Counted from the first letter of the whole stretch, positions 14,231-29,133 are shown. The stretch: DNA of 56,230 nt, filler included, from Bipalium vagum (GCA_037834085.1; 3 parts of 3 records of this genome joined end to end with filler, not necessarily neighbours in it), one strand, 5' to 3'. Translations and numbers: made by a program. The notes: generated by a model from the letters alone, not told the origin.

Positions 14231-15340
14231 CAGGTTCTTCCAAAACCAAGGAAAAAAGTAAAAGATGAATAAAAAAGACAAAAGAATTTTATTATTAATG
14301 ACAAATAATTTATTTAATAAGACGAATACAATAGTTTTTACTATAACATGTTCTCAAAATGTTATCCTTCAGCAGATAGAATCAAATCAATTCTTCGTGA
14401 GAAAGATTTTCCTCTTACTCTTCGGGAGTATAACGGCGGCACTCTTCTTTAATTCTGTTTTCCATAGTATATTTTGATGTTTTGTAATGAAAAATCCTTG
14501 CCTTCAGTAAACCACAAAAGCAATAATCAACTGGCGTCAGGTCTGGTGAACGAAAAAGCTAATTTTGGGTACATCTCTGGATATGATTTTGTGCGAATCA
14601 GATGTTTCATTTAAAATTTTCAAACATCACTGACATAATGTATGGAAGTACATTGATTTTATTAATTTTCTTTGTATAAGTTAAGGTCGAACTACATTTT
14701 TCAACATTTCAAGGTAATTATTCTTATTTATTGTTTCATGGAAGGAAAATGGTTTCATAACGAATTTGGAATTGAATCCTATCCAGACAGATTTTTTTCC
14801 GGGTGAATTGGTTTTGTCATGAAAGATGTTGACTTGCTAGAAGCCCAAATTCGGCAGTGATATCCGCTAATTTCACCATCCATGTGGAAGTATGTTTCAT
14901 CAGTCCAGAAAATATTAGTCAAAATATCCTGATGCAAAAACCACAAACCAAATTTAACTCGCTACTTATAATCTGCTGCCTTTACCTAATGAAGAAGTTG
15001 TATTTTATATTTTATACTTCTCATTTTTCAAAATCTTGGAATTGAGGTTTTTATGAATAATCTCCGAATTGACATTTTACCCTTAGTATCATCCAATACT
15101 AATTTAATAATTGTTTTATGTCCCCACCTATGAGTTACATTGAGTACACTGCCAGTTGTCTCAAATTTCAGAATAGGTTTGGTTTACTGCGAAACAGGTG
15201 CATGGGTTTTCGATTAAATTTATTTCTCTCTTGATTTGCCTAATTGCAGTTGTAGGAGAATTTAAATTTGCATAATAACATCGAATGATATCAATTTTCA
15301 AATCGAGACTCATATGCATATCTATCATATTTTTAATAAA
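14231..15340 (-). mobile_element. Decayed rosa/DD41D-type Tc1/mariner relic
   Basis: N-terminus IIRCYYANLNSPTTAIR, RSPDLTP block, and a TA-CAGG terminus at 14229. Confidence 0.72.
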
Positions 15341-15574
15341 TATTTTATTAAAACAAAATCTACCCTTAATCAATTTAATATAATTTTTTTTAATTTAAAA
15401 AAGATATAGTTTTCTAGAAAATTGATAGGACCAACAAATTTTTTGATAAGGCTAAGTGATCGAAAACTCATTGGTTAACTTAAGATCAAAAATTCGATAA
15501 AATAAAACCTTCTTAGTGACTTTTTTTAATAAAAATTTTAATAATAAAAAAAAAATTTTAATAATAATAATCAG

Positions 15575-16180
15575 TAGGTTTTTAACTATGGATGAGATTT
15601 TTGTTTATCACTATGACCCTGAATCCAGAGAGTGGTCCGGTGTGTGCACGGAAGTTGATAGTTCAGCTCTAAAGTAACGCAAAAAAGCAAAATAGTCAAA
15701 AAGGTTTGGGCATCAATATTTGGATTAAGAAAGGAATTTTATCAATTTATTATCTTAGAAACCGTAAAGCAATCACCGGAGAATATTATTTAACTCTTTC
15801 AGACCAGATAAATAAAAGAATGAATAGTAAAAAACCGATTTCGTAAAGAAACAAAAGAAAGTCCTTTCTATGACAAAACTGAGGAATTAACGTAACACAT
15901 TATTAAAACATCCAACATATTTATCAAACCTGGCTCCATCATATTTCCATCTATTAAGAAAACTAAACAAATTCACTCAACAAAATAGTTCTCAACAAAG
16001 ATGTTACATTATATCAACTATATAGAAGTACTATAGAAGTCTTCCGACAAATCCTTTTGGAAATTGTATTCTCCAGTTGGAAAATCATTGGAATAAGTGT
16101 AATAATCTTATGGAATATTATTCTGAATAATAAGAAGTGCATTTTCCTTTCCAGACTAAAAAATTTTCAAGTAACCTATT
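15575..16180 (+). mobile_element. Mariner (DD34D) 3' relic
   Basis: TMDEIFVYHYDPES and KHPTYLSNLAPSYFHL blocks. Confidence 0.78.
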
Positions 16181-16898
16181 AGTAACAAATTCCACTGTAT
16201 CAAAATATATTTCTCCGAGAAAAAACATGTTACCTTTCGAAAATTTTTTATAATTCTTAGTTATCCTATCTCAGATATTCTGAAGTACAAAGTTTAGTAA
16301 CATTGACCTTTTCTGATTGTTTATTATTTTTAAAAGAAATTTATCTCAGTCTCATATTATGCAAAATATATTCTTTCAATAATTCATAAATATCTTATTT
16401 TAATTTACACAAGGTAACAATAGAACAATTGAAACAAACTATACTATTGAAAATTTTATTATTAATAAATATATTATATTAATAATGATTAATTATTATT
16501 ATTTCACAAAGATATATCATCATTTCTCTTTCAGATATCTCTTTTGGCTTTTTAATATTTAGAAAATCATTAAAATATTTAATAATTTTTATTTATCCGA
16601 AAATACATTGATTATTATTATTATTTATATAAACAAATTATTTTATTTTTTAAATAGACGCATTTCAATAGTTTTGAACAAATTTTCTCACAACATTTAT
16701 TATCAAGAAACATGTTTCGAACTATTATTAGTTCATCATCAGTCATTCATATTTAATACAACACACTTTATTTATCTAAACGTCGGTCTAATTTTTAATT
16801 TAAATATTTTGTAAAATTCTGAGTGGTGGAAATTATTATTTTAAATTTTTAAAAAATTCTTTTCTCTTTTTAAAAAAAATATTCATTTTTAAAAAAAA

Positions 16899-17503
16899 AT
16901 TATTATGAATATATAAATAATTTTTATATAAATCGATTATAGATATGATAATAAATAAAGTTTTATTAATTATTAATATAATTTGTAAAAAATATCGAGT
17001 AAGTTGAAATTTTATTTGGATATTTAGCCATAAATATACTTCTATTTATACTATGTACATAAACGAACTCATAAACTCGTAAAACTTTTATTTATTTTTC
17101 TATTGACTGACTGACAGCTGTTGAACTTTATTAAAATATTTTCTCAGAAGACTTTCTCAGAAGTTACTCTGAAATATAATAATGGAATTTTTTGAGAAAT
17201 AAAACCAGAAATGATTAAAAGATTACAGTGATTTTTGATTTTTCTCTAAAATATAAATGTTGTTGAAATCTTTTAATTTTCTGTGTAAACTATTTTACAT
17301 AAGAAAAATTGTTAATTTGGCATTCGTAATTTTTTTGGAAAAAAATATTATTAATGAAAAAGTTGACACTAAAAAGTAAATAATATTTAAAAATTGAAAA
17401 TGGCCAACTATTATATATTATTATTATTATTATTTATATAAACTAATTATTATGAATATATAAATAATTTTAATATTAATCAATTATTGATATGGTAATA
17501 AAT
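16899..17503. repeat. Imperfect ~58-bp AT-rich direct repeat (16899-16956 and 17446-17503)
   Basis: Both copies begin ATTATTATGAATATATAAATAATTTT and stay alignable to GATATG.TAATAAAT. Confidence 0.7.
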
Positions 17504-17517
17504 ATATCTATTAAATT

Positions 17518-17850
17518 TGGTGAGCTAAGTGGTCATAAGTTTGGAGTGACATGATCGTTTAAATTTAGCGATAGCCATTTTTGTTTTTTTAATCTTGTAT
17601 GGCAGGGAGCTGAGTCTTGTTGGAACACATAAGGCCTGCTGTGGGCAATTTTTTAAATTCAGGGCTTCACATATGTATCCGGACACTCGATATAAAGAGA
17701 TACATTAATTCTAAGTCTCTGTGGAAAGAAATAAGGAAGAATAACATGACCTTCGTGGCTGACAACACCCAATATCATTAAAGATTATGGAAACTTGGTG
17801 TTAGGACTTCAGAAACACTGGAGCACAGCCATCGATCGTTCCTCCTATTA
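17518..17850 (-). mobile_element. maT/DD37D transposase fragment, same family as 55080-55690
   Basis: Near-identical DNA blocks such as CATAAGTTTGGAGTGACA, CAGGGAGCTGAGTCTTGTTGGAAC and TTAGGACTTCAGAA are shared with 55280-55560. Confidence 0.8.
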
Positions 17851-18419
17851 ACCTTTTGATCTTGAGTAAAAAGTTTGGTTAAAGTATAAACCAGGTGCCT
17901 GATTTTTTCAGGGTCACCTGTTGTCTATTTTAATTAAATTTTAAAATATTTTATAAATTTCATTTTGAATTATTTATTTTATTTATTATTTTTATTTGAA
18001 TTATTTATTTATTAAATGCGGTATTTTAAAAAAATTTTAAACATTAAAAATATAATAAATGTCATTTTTTATAATCAAAAAAAGACAGGAATTTAATTTT
18101 AAAAATATATTTAATGATTTACCAAATAATTCAGGAAAATATTATATTAATTAATTAATTATTGTTAACCTTGTTTAAAAAAATTCTATATTTAACATTA
18201 TTTATTTATTAAAATAGAATATTTACATAGGATTTTATTTTTTTCAAAAAATCAAAAGAGAAATTAATCACGTACTTTTAAAAAAACTTATTATTTTTTA
18301 ATATTTTTGGACCTTCAAATTACATTAACTTAAAATATAATTAAGTAATAACTTTTGGTAATAATATATAAATTTTAATAAAATATCTTTACCATATTTA
18401 ACACTTCAAAATTATAATA

Positions 18420-18594
18420 TTATTTTTATTATTTTTATTATTTTTATTATTTTTATTATTTTTATTATTTTTTTTATTTTTATTATTTTTATTANNNNNN
18501 NNNNNNNNNNNNNNNNNNNNNNNNNNNNNNNNNNNNNNTTAATTAATTAANNNNNNNNNNNNNNNNNNNNNNNNNNNNNNNNNNNNNNNNNNNN

Positions 18595-18663
<69 letters not shown>
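18420..18663. repeat. (TTATTTTTA)n and (ATT)n simple repeats flanking an assembly gap
   Basis: Direct inspection. Confidence 0.85.
18495..18594. other. Artificial 100-bp contig spacer: 44 N + TTAATTAATTAA + 44 N
   Basis: Six-frame stop linker centred in the Ns, identical in layout to 34476-34575. Confidence 0.95.
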
Positions 18664-18918
18664 TTATAATTGAATGGATATATTTCTTGATGCAACAAAT
18701 TAATTTTTTTTGAAGCGAAAAAATAGTGTTACGTAGTTCAAAGAAGTAAACCGAAAGCAAAGAGATTAAAGGATTTTGAGGGTTTTCCCTTTCAGAGTAT
18801 TTAGTAATCATGATATTTTCCGGAATCTAGGGTTCTATAAGTATTTCAGATCTTACTTTAATATTAAGTAATTATAACTATTTATTTAATTAAATAACGT
18901 TGTTAATAAAGGTATATA

Positions 18919-20072
18919 CGTGGTAAGGCTAAAAAGTACTTAGGTTCTACCAGAAATAATGAATATGTTTAAATAAAATTTTGCACATAAAATAATAATC
19001 ATATAAAGGCATGAAATATATGACTTATTTAAATATTCTAATTTTTGTTACCAACAGATATGATAAATTCAAAAAATGTTTGAAAATGATTCGGTTTTTC
19101 TACTGAAACGATTTAGCAAGCAGGAAATTGTTTAATGAGCTGAAAGAGATATACGGTGAAGAAGTCCAATATGAGGCGACTATCTATAAATGGATTGGGG
19201 GTTTTTTATCTGGCCGTACAAGTGTTTATGAAGCATCCAAAAGTGGAAGACCTAGGAAATTAATGAAGAAATTATTACAAAATTGAAAGAAATAGTAAAA
19301 AAAGACCGAAAAATTACTCAAGCTCAGTTGTCTGAAAAGCTAAATGTAATCAAAAGAATCACCCAGTTGCTTCTGGACGGCAGCTATCTAGAAGGTTCGC
19401 AACGAGATTTCTAACCACCAAGATGATGAGCAGAAGAAAAATGGCCTGTGAAAAGAATCTTTGTCTTTTGGATGTTGTTGGACTAATTATTTTATGGAAT
19501 ATTATAACTAAAGAGGACACATAAACATTTCTGAATTCCTTACCCAAAACGTGCGACTTGCGTCTTGAAATTTTGTATCGGAAATGGGCCGTGTTGACCG
19601 TCTTTTAGGATATAAAGGTATCTTGAAGCTAGATTTTACTGAAGAAATTATAAATTCCGATCACTACAGTAATCTCTTATTTGAAATCCGAAACATCCCA
19701 CACAAGTCTCGGAACCAGGATCATTTTTTGCTCCATGATAACTCTGTTATTTACACATCAAAGAAATCCCAAGAAACCTTAGCAAAAGCTGGATTTGTGC
19801 AGCTGGTCATCCCGCTTACAATCCAGATCTGGCACCAAGTTATTTCTGGTTGTTCAACCATCAGAACAAACATATGTGAGGACAAAAATTTGTTTCAAAG
19901 GATGATATGAAAGATAATGTGACGAATGGTAAACCGGTGGAATAAGTACGTCAACGTAAATGGCGCTTATCTCGAGAAATTAGATAGATCTATACATGCA
20001 TATGTTTATAGTTAATAAAAATTTTGTTTAGTTATCTTACTGTCTTCTTACGTACTTCTTAGCCTTACTACG
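18919..20072 (+). mobile_element. Near full-length defective mariner (DD34D) with TIRs
   Basis: TIRs CGTGGTAAGGCTAAAAAGTAC and reverse-complement CGTAGTAAGGCTAAGAAGTAC. ELKEIYGEE, SGRP, LLHDNS and HPAYNPDLAPSYFWLF blocks. Confidence 0.88.
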
Positions 20073-23000
20073 TTTTAAATTATTAAGAAAATTAATTAAA
20101 ATATTGCAACTTGTAATTTATTAAGTATTAATTAATATTTATTATTAAAATTTTAATAATATTATTATGATAAATTAAATGCAAAAAGAAAATCTAAGTT
20201 TTTAATGATTTTCTTCAGATTAATTTACCAGACTTCAAATGTCCTGCATTCAAGGATGAAACCTGAACAATTTCCCTTACAAATTTTTATTCTGGGATAA
20301 ATATAATTATCCTTCCCACTTATACTCTCACTAATTTATTATAATCGAATCCGATCTATGTTAACAGTAATTTTCAGTTTAAAATTTCCGTCTTAATGAA
20401 GTCCATGAAAAGATCTCTATGGGAAAATAACAGGAAAGACGATTCTCAAAATTGGCTGATAATGTGAATATAACGTTATAATTACATCTCTATTTTATGA
20501 AAATTGCAAATCATCTTTCAAAATGAATGAACAGAAAAGTTTTGAAGTTTTATGTTGATGGAGACGGTTATTAATGAATAGAATAATGGTGATCTAATGA
20601 AAAATTAATCTCATGATAAATATTATTAACATCTATTGGTTTAAGCTTTATAAGTTTTGTATTATTTACCGTTTCTGACATAACAACTGTGGAGACTCAA
20701 GAGAAATTAAACAATTTGACAATAAAAAACAATTTATTTGTGACAATTTTGTGACAACTTCTCAATAAAAAAACGCGGGAACTTATGTACCAGCCTAATA
20801 CTTTCATCTTAGTAAAATTCATATTTATGTACGAGTCTAAGGAATTTTTATCTACACATCATGTATATCGAAAATGAAATATCTTGCCACACACATAAAA
20901 TAATTGGATAAATTAAAAAAATAAAAAATCAAACTAGGCATGTTTATTTAATTAATAATTTAAAACTATTTTTATTGGTTTAAATTTAGTCTTTAATATT
21001 TGAATAAAAAACTCAAAAGCTCTCAGAAGAGCCTAATATGATATTTAACATATAACATGCTTAGCATATAATACTCTAAATACAAAACTGAGTTCGAAAC
21101 CAGAATTTTTACTGAAATAAATTATCAGATAAATGAAAGAGAAAAAATATGAAAATCTTGATGAGAAGATAAAAGAAATTTTATTACTCTTTCAAAATAA
21201 TATTACAGAAAATATGTTAAACTACATTTAAATCAGAAATCAAAATGTAGTTTCAAAAATATTTTATATTTTTCACTAAAATCCATAGTATTTATCATAT
21301 TTCAATTATATTTGAAAAAGGAGAAAATGTAGAAAAAAACCCATTCAATTATTGCAAGCAAATATCTCAATTTTCTATTTACTGCAGATTGCTAATGCAG
21401 ATTTATAACAATTTTACTTGAACATGATTTTTGTTAATTTATTTAAATACAATTTTTACATTTAATTAAATATCCATATTATTATTAATAATAAATTTTA
21501 AAGTGTAGTAAAATCTAAAATAAATTGAATATCAATTTATAAAATAATTAATTAAAGAAAATTTAAGTTTTTCCAAATTGCCTGACTTAAATAATAAAAT
21601 TCTTCATTAATGAGTTCATCTACTCTTCAAATCGATTACTTGAATAATATCTTTATATCTCACTGCATTAAATATCATAAATTTAAAAATTACCAAAAAT
21701 TCTTTATGAATATTTAGAAATTTTAAAAATTTGCAATTTATTAGCTCAGTACCTAAATAAATTAACAATATAGATATTTCTAATAAAAATTAATTAATTT
21801 CACGAAAGATTTATTTTTCACTTCATTATTGGTCTTAATTTTTTTTATTATTAAAATTTGTATATAATTTATTTATCATAAAAATTTAAATATAATTTTC
21901 TAATTTATTTTTAAAAATTATCTTATGGTTGAAATAACTTAAACATGCTCAAAAAAATCTTAATTGTATTTTTTCATATAATTTCTAAATAATTGGTCCG
22001 AAAATAATTTTTTTGAATTTCTCAAATAAATAACTTGAATTTTAGAATTTCTGGAAGAATAAATTTCAGAGGTAACAAAAATTAATTTGTAGAATTTTTA
22101 AAAAAAAATAATCAACAGTTAATTTATTTCTCTTTAATTCAAATGAAAAAAATCTATTTAAAAATATTTCTCCATTTTATAAGATGTTAATATTGATTGT
22201 TTAATTTTAATTAATAATAGTTTTCTCCAAAAAATCAAAAAATTTTAAATTTAGGTTATAAATATATATTATATATATTAGAGCTTTCTTTATTGCAAAA
22301 ATTATACATAAAATGTTTATTATTTGGTAATTAATGAATAAATTATGAGTCGGTTATATCTGATTTAACAAATTCCCAAGAATGTATTTAATTAAAAACG
22401 ATATTAATATTATTCCCATAAACTGAATTATAATATTAATTTTTAATATCGGAAACCTACCAATTACTACAAAACTCCCTATACTCAACCGATCCATAAT
22501 AACTGACAACTCAGTCTGATGATTACAACGGAATTAATGATCACAATGTTAGAATTTATTGGTCACAGATTAAGAAAATATTTTATTTATTTTATAGATT
22601 AATCATATTATTTAATTAATTGATGCATGTGTTAAAAAAATAAATGTCAATATATTCTTATTCCATATGTATCAATAAAATATAAAAATAATCTATATTG
22701 GAAACTGATCTTAAATTAAAATATCTCTTTATAGTAAAAAAATCTGATATAATATCCTTTTTTTTATATAATTAAGGTAATCAAAGTTGAAAACTACGTA
22801 ATGCAAAATAAAAAATAAAAATAATAAAATAATAGTACAAATTGTTTGTCAATAAAGTTTTTAATCTTTTTACTGCAAAGGGAGACGATATAATATTAAT
22901 GACAGACAAAGAGTCAAATGAGAAAATGTATACATTTTTTATGAGTAAAGTGAAAACGCATTGTAGAGCTGATATGAAAAGTTTTAAAAAGAAACCAGCG

Positions 23001-23349
23001 ACAGGGTATTTAGTTTAATAATTTATCGGAAAGTTACAAAAGATAAAAATGTTCAATTCATCAATCTGCCTCCTAAACATTTAAATTATATTTTTTCCAT
23101 TGTTCATAATCAGTACCAGATGACGCTTCAAGCTTTAGTTCAAGGTCCAATTTATTACTTTAAGTTAAAATAGTTATAATTATAGAAGGTGCAAAATATT
23201 ATCTTTATTGAAGAAATTCTTTTCCCCATATTTTCATTTCCAATATTTGTATATTGAATATTTTTTATTAAGATAAATAAAATCTATAAAGTTCATAAAG
23301 GATTTTTTAAATTTATCTTTTAATTTTTTGTTTACATCTACATTTAAAA

Positions 23350-23700
23350 GTGTACTTTGTCCGGAAACATGAATTTTTTTATTGGAACAACGACATACAA
23401 TGATCATTCTACCGAGATGCCGATTGATATTTGGTCAACGTATGGGGAGAAGAAAATGTTTTCTAGGAAAGAAGAGTAAGATAAATTGTTGCAGATTTCA
23501 GTACAGGTAGAATAATATATAATCGAAATGAGGGCTCAAAAAGACCAGCATCACTTTTCAATGATCAATGCATCACTTTGGTAAAAAATGTGGTTGATTC
23601 AAACCTGCTTACTCACCAAATATAATTCTGGTAGATCACTTCGTGATCAGAAATTTCGAAACTTGTTGCTGAAACACAAAATTTGAAAACTTCCTGTAGG
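23350..23700 (+). mobile_element. Mariner N-terminal relic
   Basis: TYGEKKMFS and FSTGR...GSKRPASLFNDQCITLVKNVV, a degenerate HTH-linker region. Confidence 0.5.
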
Positions 23701-24779
23701 TAAAAAAAAATCAATCAATTTATCAATAGTCTGATTCCATTATAATGTAAGAGGGATGTAGGAAGTTGATAAAACATTCTGAACATGTTATTCAGTGTAA
23801 TGGAAACTATATACGTATGTTACCTTTAAATAAATGTTTATCATTTTGTTTTATTTATTATAAAATGGCATTTTTTGCGTCTCCCTATACTTACAGTTCA
23901 GAAAATCGTTAGTATAACATTTCTAGGTAATTTGTCACTTCAAATTCTTGGGAACAGATACCATGAAATTAAATTAATTAATTAATCTTTTTTTAAAATA
24001 CCTCGTGTCCTAAGTACCAAGAGACATCTAAAACCTTCTCTGGTTTTTTCTTTTTCAATTCTGCTGATACCATTCCATTAGGATAATGATCAATGTTTTA
24101 GCCACATGTTTTTTCACTTAATTGTCTGCTTTAAGTTGATCATTTTATTTATTTAATTAATGGACTGTTTTCTTTCCATGGAGATCACTGTACCACAGTT
24201 ATGGATTTAAGAACCACTGAAACATAATACGTATATAACTCGTTGAAAAATTAATGTTATTTTTGATATAGTATTTTTTCAGTGAAAATAAGTAAGACAA
24301 ATGGCCAGAGAAAGATAACGTTTGTTAAAGTGGAAATCTAATACAACTCTGACCAGACCTCTTCTGTTGGCCTCGCTAATTTTTATCAATTTGATATTTG
24401 TGACCAATTTCAAATTGTCATTTACATTTTATTACAATTTTAAATTAAATGATAAAATACAAGAAAATAAACCACGTCCTCGTACTTTATATTTTTTCCA
24501 GTTCCACTTCATTAAATGTAGAGTGTTTTACGTCTAACTTAAAACACTTAATCCATTTTCATCTTTAGTTAGGATGGTTATCTTTTTTTAAGTCACATAA
24601 GAGGAGATAGTCGAAATTTAGGTGATTTTGCTAATAGATTTTTCGAATTTCGGGATAATTTTTAAGGAAAATCATTTTCCAATAAGATTTTATTAATTTT
24701 CCAATTTTTGTTTGGCAGAGAAAGACTGAAAGAAACAAAACAAAGAAAGCGACACACCCTGTAAATACAAGTGATTGTA

Positions 24780-25245
24780 AATACCAGTGACAATCTTCTC
24801 AATAAAAGATGGATCTTGTTCAAAGACTTCTAGAAATTTCTCACAATTTTTCTTGTCTAGCCTTTTTCTGATCATAAGAGATGACGTTGGCTACAATGCG
24901 TGCTGCAAGTTTTCTTTTTCGAAATTTTTCTGTCAATATTGTGGGCACACTGCTTTTACCTATTCCAATTTCGTTTGCCAAACAACCTGACACCTTTACT
25001 ACTGTATTCAAGCACAGCCAGATTAATCTTTTCCACACTTATTTGGGCGTCCACATTGTTCTTTGTCATCCACTGCTATTAATCCTTCTTTAAACGAAGC
25101 AAACTTTATAAGGTTTGATTCACATATGATGTGTTTTCCATCCAGTTTTCACAGTAAGAAACAAAATCGAACTTTACAACGTAGAAATTATATTTTAAAA
25201 TCTGGTAAAAATAAATTCGGTTGCGCTTTACTTTGTGGTACAATT
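24780..25245 (-). mobile_element. Mariner 5' half
   Basis: LANEIGIGKSSVPTILTEKFRKRKLAARIV and FLEVFEQDPSFIEKIVTG. Confidence 0.8.
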
Positions 25246-25352
25246 TAAAAAAACATTATGTAATCCCATGTAATTTAATTTTTGTACCGCATAAATTTTG
25301 ATGATAATATAAATTGTACCATATAAATTTTATTATTTTGTTTTAATAAAAT

Positions 25353-25610
25353 TTGGGATATATTAGTATTAAAAAAATCGGTGGGCCTGGCGTAATCGTT
25401 CAGGTTGATGAATCCCTGCTTGGTCGACCTAAATACCATAAAGGGAGGAACATCAAAGACCACTGGATATTAGGGATGGTTGCTGACGGCAGCAATGATC
25501 TTCGTCTTGTTGTCTTAATCGAAAAGAAAAGAGAATCGGACCACATAATGCCTAATATCATTGAGCATGTAGCTCAAGGTTCAATAATCCGCACCGATTA
25601 TTGGAAAGCC
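25353..25610 (+). mobile_element. Merlin (ISXO2/IS1595-like DDE) transposase fragment
   Basis: KIGGPGVIVQVDESLLGRPKYHKGR...WILGMV...IIEHVAQGSIIRTDYWKA, the typical Merlin signature. Truncated at both ends. Confidence 0.88.
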
Positions 25611-27029
25611 CCTTTCAAAAGTATTTTATTTTTTTATTTTCTACACTTATTTTCGGTAGACTACAGATTTTATTGATTATAAAATTGATTCAAAATCTCT
25701 AAAAATAGTCAAATTGACTTTTTGTACCTTGTATAAAAGATTATCGAATTAGGACTTGGTATTGTTCAACACAGAACCTTTTTAAAGTTGACAGCCAAAT
25801 AAAATAAATCTGGAAAAATGAAATTAACCTTTTAAAAAAGGATTTTATTGATTCTTTCTTTTCAATTTTTTTATTTTAGTCTTTTTTCAACTTTTATATG
25901 ATCCTGAACATTATCCTTTTTTCTGATGAGTAAATGCTTGATGATAAATTTGAGAATTTTAACACTTACGTTAGTCTTATTTCACTTTCCTTTACTCAAA
26001 TATAATCGAAACCTATTTTAAGGTCGATATATTTAAATGATGAAGTAAAACACAAAACCGGTGAAATTAAAAGAAAATTCTGAATATAAAAGATAAAAGC
26101 TTGTTCTTTTAAAAATCTAAAGTAACATCCTTTACTTCATTAAGTAACAAATAAAAAAAATTAACTAAAAAATAAAGTTGAATAAATTATTAAATAGGAC
26201 CTAATCGATGTGTGATTAAGATTTTGATATTAATGAAAATAAAATATATCTTACTTCATTACATCCATAATTAATTTTTTCGTGTTTCTTTCAGCATCAT
26301 TGATTTAATTTGAGATATGCAGACAGAATTGATGGTGTAATAATTTTTAAATTAAATAATAATATTTCGATATATTATGATTAATTAAAAAATATTATTA
26401 TGTTTGGAAATTAATTTTTAAAATGGAATGAATATATTTCCATGGATAAAAATAATTCACAACAAATAAAATTAAAATAAGAAATGCTATCTGATAAAAT
26501 AAAAATCAATCACAACAGATTTTCATAAAACCGACCCAACAAAAACATTTTCTCTGAGCTTTGACATCGGATGTGATAGCTAACTGAAGAGAGAATATAA
26601 TCCAACGGTGGGGTATTTTTTAAAATTGTAAGTATTTAATATTTAAAATTAAAATTCATTTTTAATGTTCCAAAAAATACCAAAAAAAAATAAAAAATAA
26701 TTTAATTTGCATTATGAAAAAATTTGAAATTTTATTTTTTTTAATAATAATTTTTTTCAGTATTTTGTTACTATTAATTGCTGTTTCATGTAAATTTTGA
26801 AATTCAATAATATTTCGGATTAATCTTAGTTTTGAGATGTTCATTTGTTTTCCAATTTTAATATAGTAATAAAATACAAATATTTTCATTTGTTGGGAAT
26901 TATTTTTTATTTTCTTAAAAATTAAATCAATCAGGGTATACTTTGAATTTTATTTATTACTGATAATATAGGTTAAGGAACGTGTATGTTGTATAGGTCT
27001 AAATACAAAACCTAAATGATCAGAAATAA

Positions 27030-27510
27030 TAGATGGTTCGTTCAAAAAGTTTCTGACCAGGCTTAATAAGCATGTTAATTTTTAAAAGATTTGTATATCA
27101 TTTGTATGCCATTACTATACAGAAATTCATTCGTGCGTTTATTTTATTAACATCCGCATTTAAACATATCTTTTTCTGTCGAGAACGTTTCAAATTTTGA
27201 ATATTGCAGTGCCATTAGATTTTGTATTTTGCTAGGCCAATCCAACCAGTCCAATCTTGCATCAACTTATAAGATTAAGTGCCCCTAAAAATCCACCATA
27301 CTGTTCTGGTGTCAGAATGTAAAAGAGGACACCAATCTGTGCCTGATGAAGACAAAGATGATGGTCCATCAACATTAAATAATGAGAAAAATAAAGAACA
27401 ACTTGAGAAATATATTCGGGGAAATCGGCAAATGATCATTATAGACTTTCCCGAGAATCTGAAGATATCAACCAGCCATGTATACATGTATATGAAGGTT
27501 ACAAAGCTTT
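27030..27510 (+). mobile_element. Mariner 5' fragment
   Basis: ECKRGHQSVPDEDKDDGPST...YIRGNRQMII...LKISTSHV, and a TIR-like GGTTCGTTCAAAAAGTTT. Confidence 0.7.
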
Positions 27511-29131
27511 AAAGGACATTTTAATATCTTAAGGATTTATTGTTTTTAAAAAGATTTTAAAGAGCTTGGCAAGGATAAGCTAAGTATGTAAAAGATAAGG
27601 GATAGATGAGAAAAGTTAAGTAAAATATTTAATATTAAATAATAATAATATCTTTTTCTCAATAAAAATAAAACAATGTTAATATGAAAGCAAGATAACA
27701 TCATTAAAAATGAAATGAAAAATCATTGTCATGCAGAATGAAAGTCGGTCTTGTATCTGACTTCAACTCCAGACTGAACATTGGCATAAATGTTTAACTT
27801 AATTTTAAACGGTTTTTCTGATACATTTCAGCGAAAATAATAATAAAAAAAATAATCACAATTTCACATTAAATAAATTTTTTTAAACTCTTCAGTGGTT
27901 TAGGTTGAGAAAAATGGAAAAAATCAATTGTTACGTTTGGAATTAAAAATATTTTTGTCTACTAAAACATGTTTATTTCCTGACAAAAACAAGATTTAGA
28001 GTCAAATAAGACAATTATAAATATCATTTGTAAAAGAATTCTATTAAATTTTTCACGTAAATTTTGAAAAATCCAAAAAAATCACTGTTAAAAATATTAA
28101 TGAATTAATCTTATTTGTTAATTAATTAAAGCTAATTATTTATATGAATTCAAGTTATTGAACATAGTTAATTTTTGTTTAAAATTGATTAAATAAAATA
28201 AATTATTGATTTTAAGTGAAACATAAACAGAAAAAATCATTAATGGATAATTAATAAAGATGTCAAAAGAAATTTTCCAAAGCAAGACAGTTATAATAAA
28301 TTGTTTGATAATATTAAAGGAAATTGTTACTAATTTAAAGGATTTATTATAATAATGATTAATAATCAATTTCAATAATTATTAATTGATTTCCGTTAAA
28401 TTTTTCAAATTTTAAACTTGAAACATGATTATCTTTTAAAGATTAATGGTTTCCTAGTTATCTGCTTTAAAAAAGATTATTTTTCCTTTACATTAGGAAA
28501 TAATGTAATATAATGTAATATAATGTAATATAATATAAATTAATCATAAAAAGAAACGTTGAAAAATATAAAAACTTTTTTCTCAATTTTTTAATTGACA
28601 GAAAATTAACAATTAATTAATTATAATATTATTAATACATCTTTTTGAAGAAAGCTGAATAAAAACACGTTTTTAAACATGTCATTCAATTTTCAAAGCG
28701 CCCCAAATACAGATTAATAAAAAAATAATGACATTTCATAAATAAAAAAACGTTTTGAAAATAATTAAAAATAAAACAAAAACTAAAATTTTATTAACGA
28801 TCAGCTTTTTTAAGAAAACATTAATTAAAACGCTTATTAATTATTCAATAATTTCAATGAATGAGACATTAATTAGAAAATCTTGAGTTCAGAAAATTGA
28901 AAAATAAGAAATATTTCGATTAATATAAAATCAAATTAAAAGCGAAAACATTCGATTTAGTCGCTTTTTTATTGAAATCATTGGAAATATTTCATTAAAG
29001 AACAAAGTTCTCGACTTTTTTGTTTTTTAGGACTTGGAAATCAATTATTATTAATTTATTTAAATATTATAATTAATAAATTAGATAGAAATATAACGTT
29101 GTTTTTTATTTATTTTACCTTACAATATTAT

Positions 29132-29133
<2 letters not shown>

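Noticed and set aside
18539-18550. TTAATTAATTAA island inside an N run (also 34520-34531)
   Set aside because: The identical 44N-12-44N layout with stops in all six frames marks an assembly linker, not biology. Adjacency across these joins is not guaranteed.
22889-23163. Short plus-strand ORF MTDKESNEKMYTFF... with a possible donor and downstream acceptor
   Set aside because: The phase-consistent splice stops after two codons, and there is no recognisable homology.
26500-26590. Minus-strand acceptor followed by ...KCFCWVGF as a GPCR TM6 exon
   Set aside because: It lacks the CWxPF proline and a hydrophobic helix, and it stops soon after.
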